This document shows, piece by piece, positions 63,701-64,000 of a stretch of 64,000 nt of DNA. The translations under genes and the position numbers were made by a program. The notes beneath the pieces were generated by a model that was not told where the DNA came from, ran no database searches, and saw nothing but the letters and a program-made list of their open reading frames with translations. The number at the start of each line of letters is the position of its first letter. Position 1 is the stretch's first letter. The stretch is from Takakia lepidozioides (Eukaryota; Plantae; Bryophyta): NCBI GenBank assembly GCA_030704615.1, contig CM060734.1, positions 32,984,001-33,048,000 on the forward strand, written 5' to 3'.

Positions 63701-64000
63701 TCCTTTTGATTTTATACTCACCAATATTTTGGTTAACTCACCAGCTCACCAATATTTTGGTCCACTCACCAGCTCACCAACTACCAACACCCATGGTGAT
63801 GTTGCTTGCTTTATTTGAACAAAAACATTACCGATATTTGGAGCCCGTGTTAAATTCCTTTTGATTTTATACTCACCAATATTTTGGTCAACTCACCAGC
63901 TCACCAATATTTTGGTCCACTCACCAGCTCACCAACCACCAACACCCATGGTGATGTTGTTTGCTTTATTTGAACAAAAACATTACCGATATTTGGAGCC
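63701..64000. repeat. 155-bp tandem repeat (about 2 copies, runs off the window) with 28-bp sub-repeats
   Basis: Unit starts tccttttgattttatactcacc at 63701 and 63856. Confidence 0.9.

Overview
Eukaryotic, transposon-dense plant DNA, probably a non-seed land plant (PLS-class PPR debris, Tcn1-like chromovirus), with one 500-N gap. The window is dominated by several nested or broken copies of one large non-chromovirus Ty3/Gypsy (Athila-like) LTR-retrotransposon family. One copy is complete (16958-30333, minus strand, 13.4 kb, ACTTA target-site duplication, PBS, PPT). Beyond gag-pol, the family encodes two extra proteins. ORF0 (~230 aa, near-invariant, F-box-like motif) starts inside the LTR and reads through the LTR end and PBS. 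ORF3 (~1180 aa) lies in frame with pol and follows a 3' splice-acceptor-like site 45 nt upstream of its ATG; that spacing is also kept in a diverged sister family. CACAGCC-type tandem repeats occur in both the LTR and the pol tail. Also present: a ~3.6 kb array of ~38 regularly interspaced 22-bp palindromes (GGAAATGCGGCGCCGCATTTCC) with an embedded gag fragment, a CACTA transposase remnant, a degenerate chromovirus, PPR and eIF4A pseudogene fragments, and one apparently intact 4-exon A1 aspartic protease gene with atypical catalytic motifs.
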